IMG/VR virus record: IMGVR_UViG_2821013286_000001
Span: 1-64,000 of that record
Length of the DNA stretch: 64,000 bases
Origin: a virus
Taxonomy: Duplodnaviria > Heunggongvirae > Uroviricota > Caudoviricetes
Strand: one strand, 5' to 3'
Translations under genes and position numbers: made by a program
The notes under the pieces: generated by a model
What the model was told of the DNA's origin: nothing
What the model saw: only the letters and a program-made list of their open reading frames with translations
Database searches by the model: none
Shown here: one piece after another, positions 62,763-64,000 of the stretch
Layout of the letters: every line of letters starts with the position of its first letter
How positions within the stretch are numbered: position 1 is the stretch's first letter

Positions 62763-63572
62763 ATGGATATCCACCCGCAGAACACTGACATCAAACTGGC
62801 TGTTCCGGCTGTCGAGGATAACGGCTCCCAGATCCTTAATCTGCTGGACGTGAAAGTTACCGTGCGTGACGAAAAACAGGAGCTGATTGGAACATTCAGT
62901 GCTCCGCTGCCAGAAGGCGCTGCGGTGGATTATTCAGTGACGATACCAAAGGCCATGAACGTGCTCTCAGAAGGCGTTCGCGGTCTGCGGTACGTCACGG
63001 TCGAATTTCTTATTGGGCCGCACACAAACGCTATTGAAAGGACCGTCGTACACTCAATCCGCTACATGATTGGTGAGCCAGTTAGTCTTGTCGTTATGGA
63101 CAATTCCTTTGCGCTCTTTGGTCGCTTTCTACTGGACGCGCCATCGCTACTGAATGCTGCCGGTTGGTCTAATGCAACCGAACAGCGTCAAATCGCGGCT
63201 CTCATTCAGGCATACCGCAACATTACGCGCATGTCGTTGGAATATACGCCGCTCGACAAGGACGGTCAGTATGAGATCGGCCAAGAAGAAATTCTGGAGC
63301 ACCTGGACTGGCACCAGATGCGCGCTGCCGAATTTGAGGAGCTGCCTTCTGACTTCCGTGAGGCGCTTATCCGCGCTCAGCTGCTGGAGGCCAATGAGCT
63401 TCTGCAGGGCAACGTCTATGATGATCGCGTCCGCTCTGGTGTGCGCTCCGAGACGATTGGCGAGAGTTCAGTCACATTCAACACATCTGTCCGTCAGTTT
63501 TCAGTCAGTCGCTCGGCTCTTCAGGTTCTCGGACCGTACATCGTGCGCAGCGTCCGCTTGGCGAGGGCATAA
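62763..63572 (+). CDS. hypothetical structural protein
   Basis: 269 aa, tight spacing in the head module. Confidence 0.4.
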   Translation: MDIHPQNTDIKLAVPAVEDNGSQILNLLDVKVTVRDEKQELIGTFSAPLPEGAAVDYSVTIPKAMNVLSEGVRGLRYVTVEFLIGPHTNAIERTVVHSIRYMIGEPVSLVVMDNSFALFGRFLLDAPSLLNAAGWSNATEQRQIAALIQAYRNITRMSLEYTPLDKDGQYEIGQEEILEHLDWHQMRAAEFEELPSDFREALIRAQLLEANELLQGNVYDDRVRSGVRSETIGESSVTFNTSVRQFSVSRSALQVLGPYIVRSVRLARA

Positions 63573-63919
63573 TGTTTACCCCAAACCTTAAAGGCTGGAT
63601 GCAGTCGAGCACTGGCTATGATGTGAACGCCGAGAAGATCTACGGCGCTCAACGTGAATGTCCTTACGCGACGGTCTCGATGAAGATTGACCTTCAAAAG
63701 ACCTCCGTACGTGCCGACAGTTCCGCTTCGCGTGGTGCTGCTGACGAGATCGCAACTACGCGCACCAAGATCCTTGTGCCGACATATGTGACTGCCAGCT
63801 TTGGTGATCGCTTCGTCAGTGTTGAGGGCTACCGGTTCTTGGTTCAGTCGGTTCATCCGCGATACTCGGTCGGCGGTCGCCTTGACCATTATGAGATCGA
63901 CCTGGAGATCGTACAGTGA
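63572..63919 (+). CDS. hypothetical structural protein (head-tail connector region)
   Basis: ATG overlapping upstream stop; 115 aa. Confidence 0.4.
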   Translation: MFTPNLKGWMQSSTGYDVNAEKIYGAQRECPYATVSMKIDLQKTSVRADSSASRGAADEIATTRTKILVPTYVTASFGDRFVSVEGYRFLVQSVHPRYSVGGRLDHYEIDLEIVQ

Positions 63920-64000
63920 AGATCTCCTTTTCGTTCAATAAGGGCAAGGTTCTGACCTCGCTGCGCGCCTTGAATGAACGTCTGACGCAGGAGGCGCACG
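63916..64000 (+). CDS. hypothetical protein (3' end outside window)
   Basis: GTG overlapping upstream stop; open to the window edge. Confidence 0.3.
   Translation, partial: MKISFSFNKGKVLTSLRALNERLTQEAH

Noticed and set aside
1-64000. tRNA genes, CRISPR arrays, integrase/attP, rRNA
   Set aside because: Scanned intergenic regions by eye for T-loop GGTTCGAATCC-type words, regularly spaced direct repeats, and tyrosine or serine recombinase motifs; none found. The only regular repeats are the regulatory elements reported above. A tRNA scan by software would be needed to be certain.

Overview
This 64-kb window is an almost contiguous block of a tailed-phage genome, possibly a phage-plasmid. Coding is dense and almost all on the + strand, and GC is roughly 50%. 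From 1 to 40 kb it carries an early DNA-metabolism and host-takeover region with many small genes of unknown function. From 41.3 to 46.5 kb there is a non-coding control region, a triplicated promoter cassette and a GC-rich island. From 46.5 to 52 kb there is a mixed-orientation segment with a low-GC minus-strand gene, a plus-strand HslV-like peptidase operon and a plasmid-type partition locus (ParA, ParG-like RHH protein, DEAH helicase). From 52 to 64 kb lies the packaging and head module: a ParB-like nuclease-domain pair, a P-loop ATPase, a GNAT-like protein, terminase small and large subunits, portal, scaffold, a 299-aa major capsid protein, and head-completion genes. No tRNA, rRNA, CRISPR array or integrase was recognised by eye.

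The main recognised genes in the early region are: SbcD/Mre11 and SbcC/Rad50 nucleases, a RuvC-like resolvase, class I ribonucleotide reductase alpha and beta subunits with a glutaredoxin, ThyX, dUTPase, a nucleotide kinase, an HD 5'-deoxynucleotidase, a NUDIX hydrolase, a DnaQ-like exonuclease, an HNH homing endonuclease, an SPFH/band-7 protein, T4-type rIIA and rIIB, an Rnl2-like RNA ligase with RtcB, and a SpoT-like small alarmone hydrolase.

The most striking non-genic signal is a palindromic element of the TGTATAAAYRTTTATACA family. It occurs about 23 times and only in intergenic DNA, in front of nearly every transcription unit. Other notable signals are a second conserved 5' leader shared by four genes, three tandem copies of a 45-bp promoter-like cassette, a duplicated 55-bp element, and a 1.35-kb gene-free hub with abutting purine-rich and pyrimidine-rich blocks and iteron-like CATAGAAA words.

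All coordinates were counted by hand from the printed sequence and may be off by a few nucleotides.
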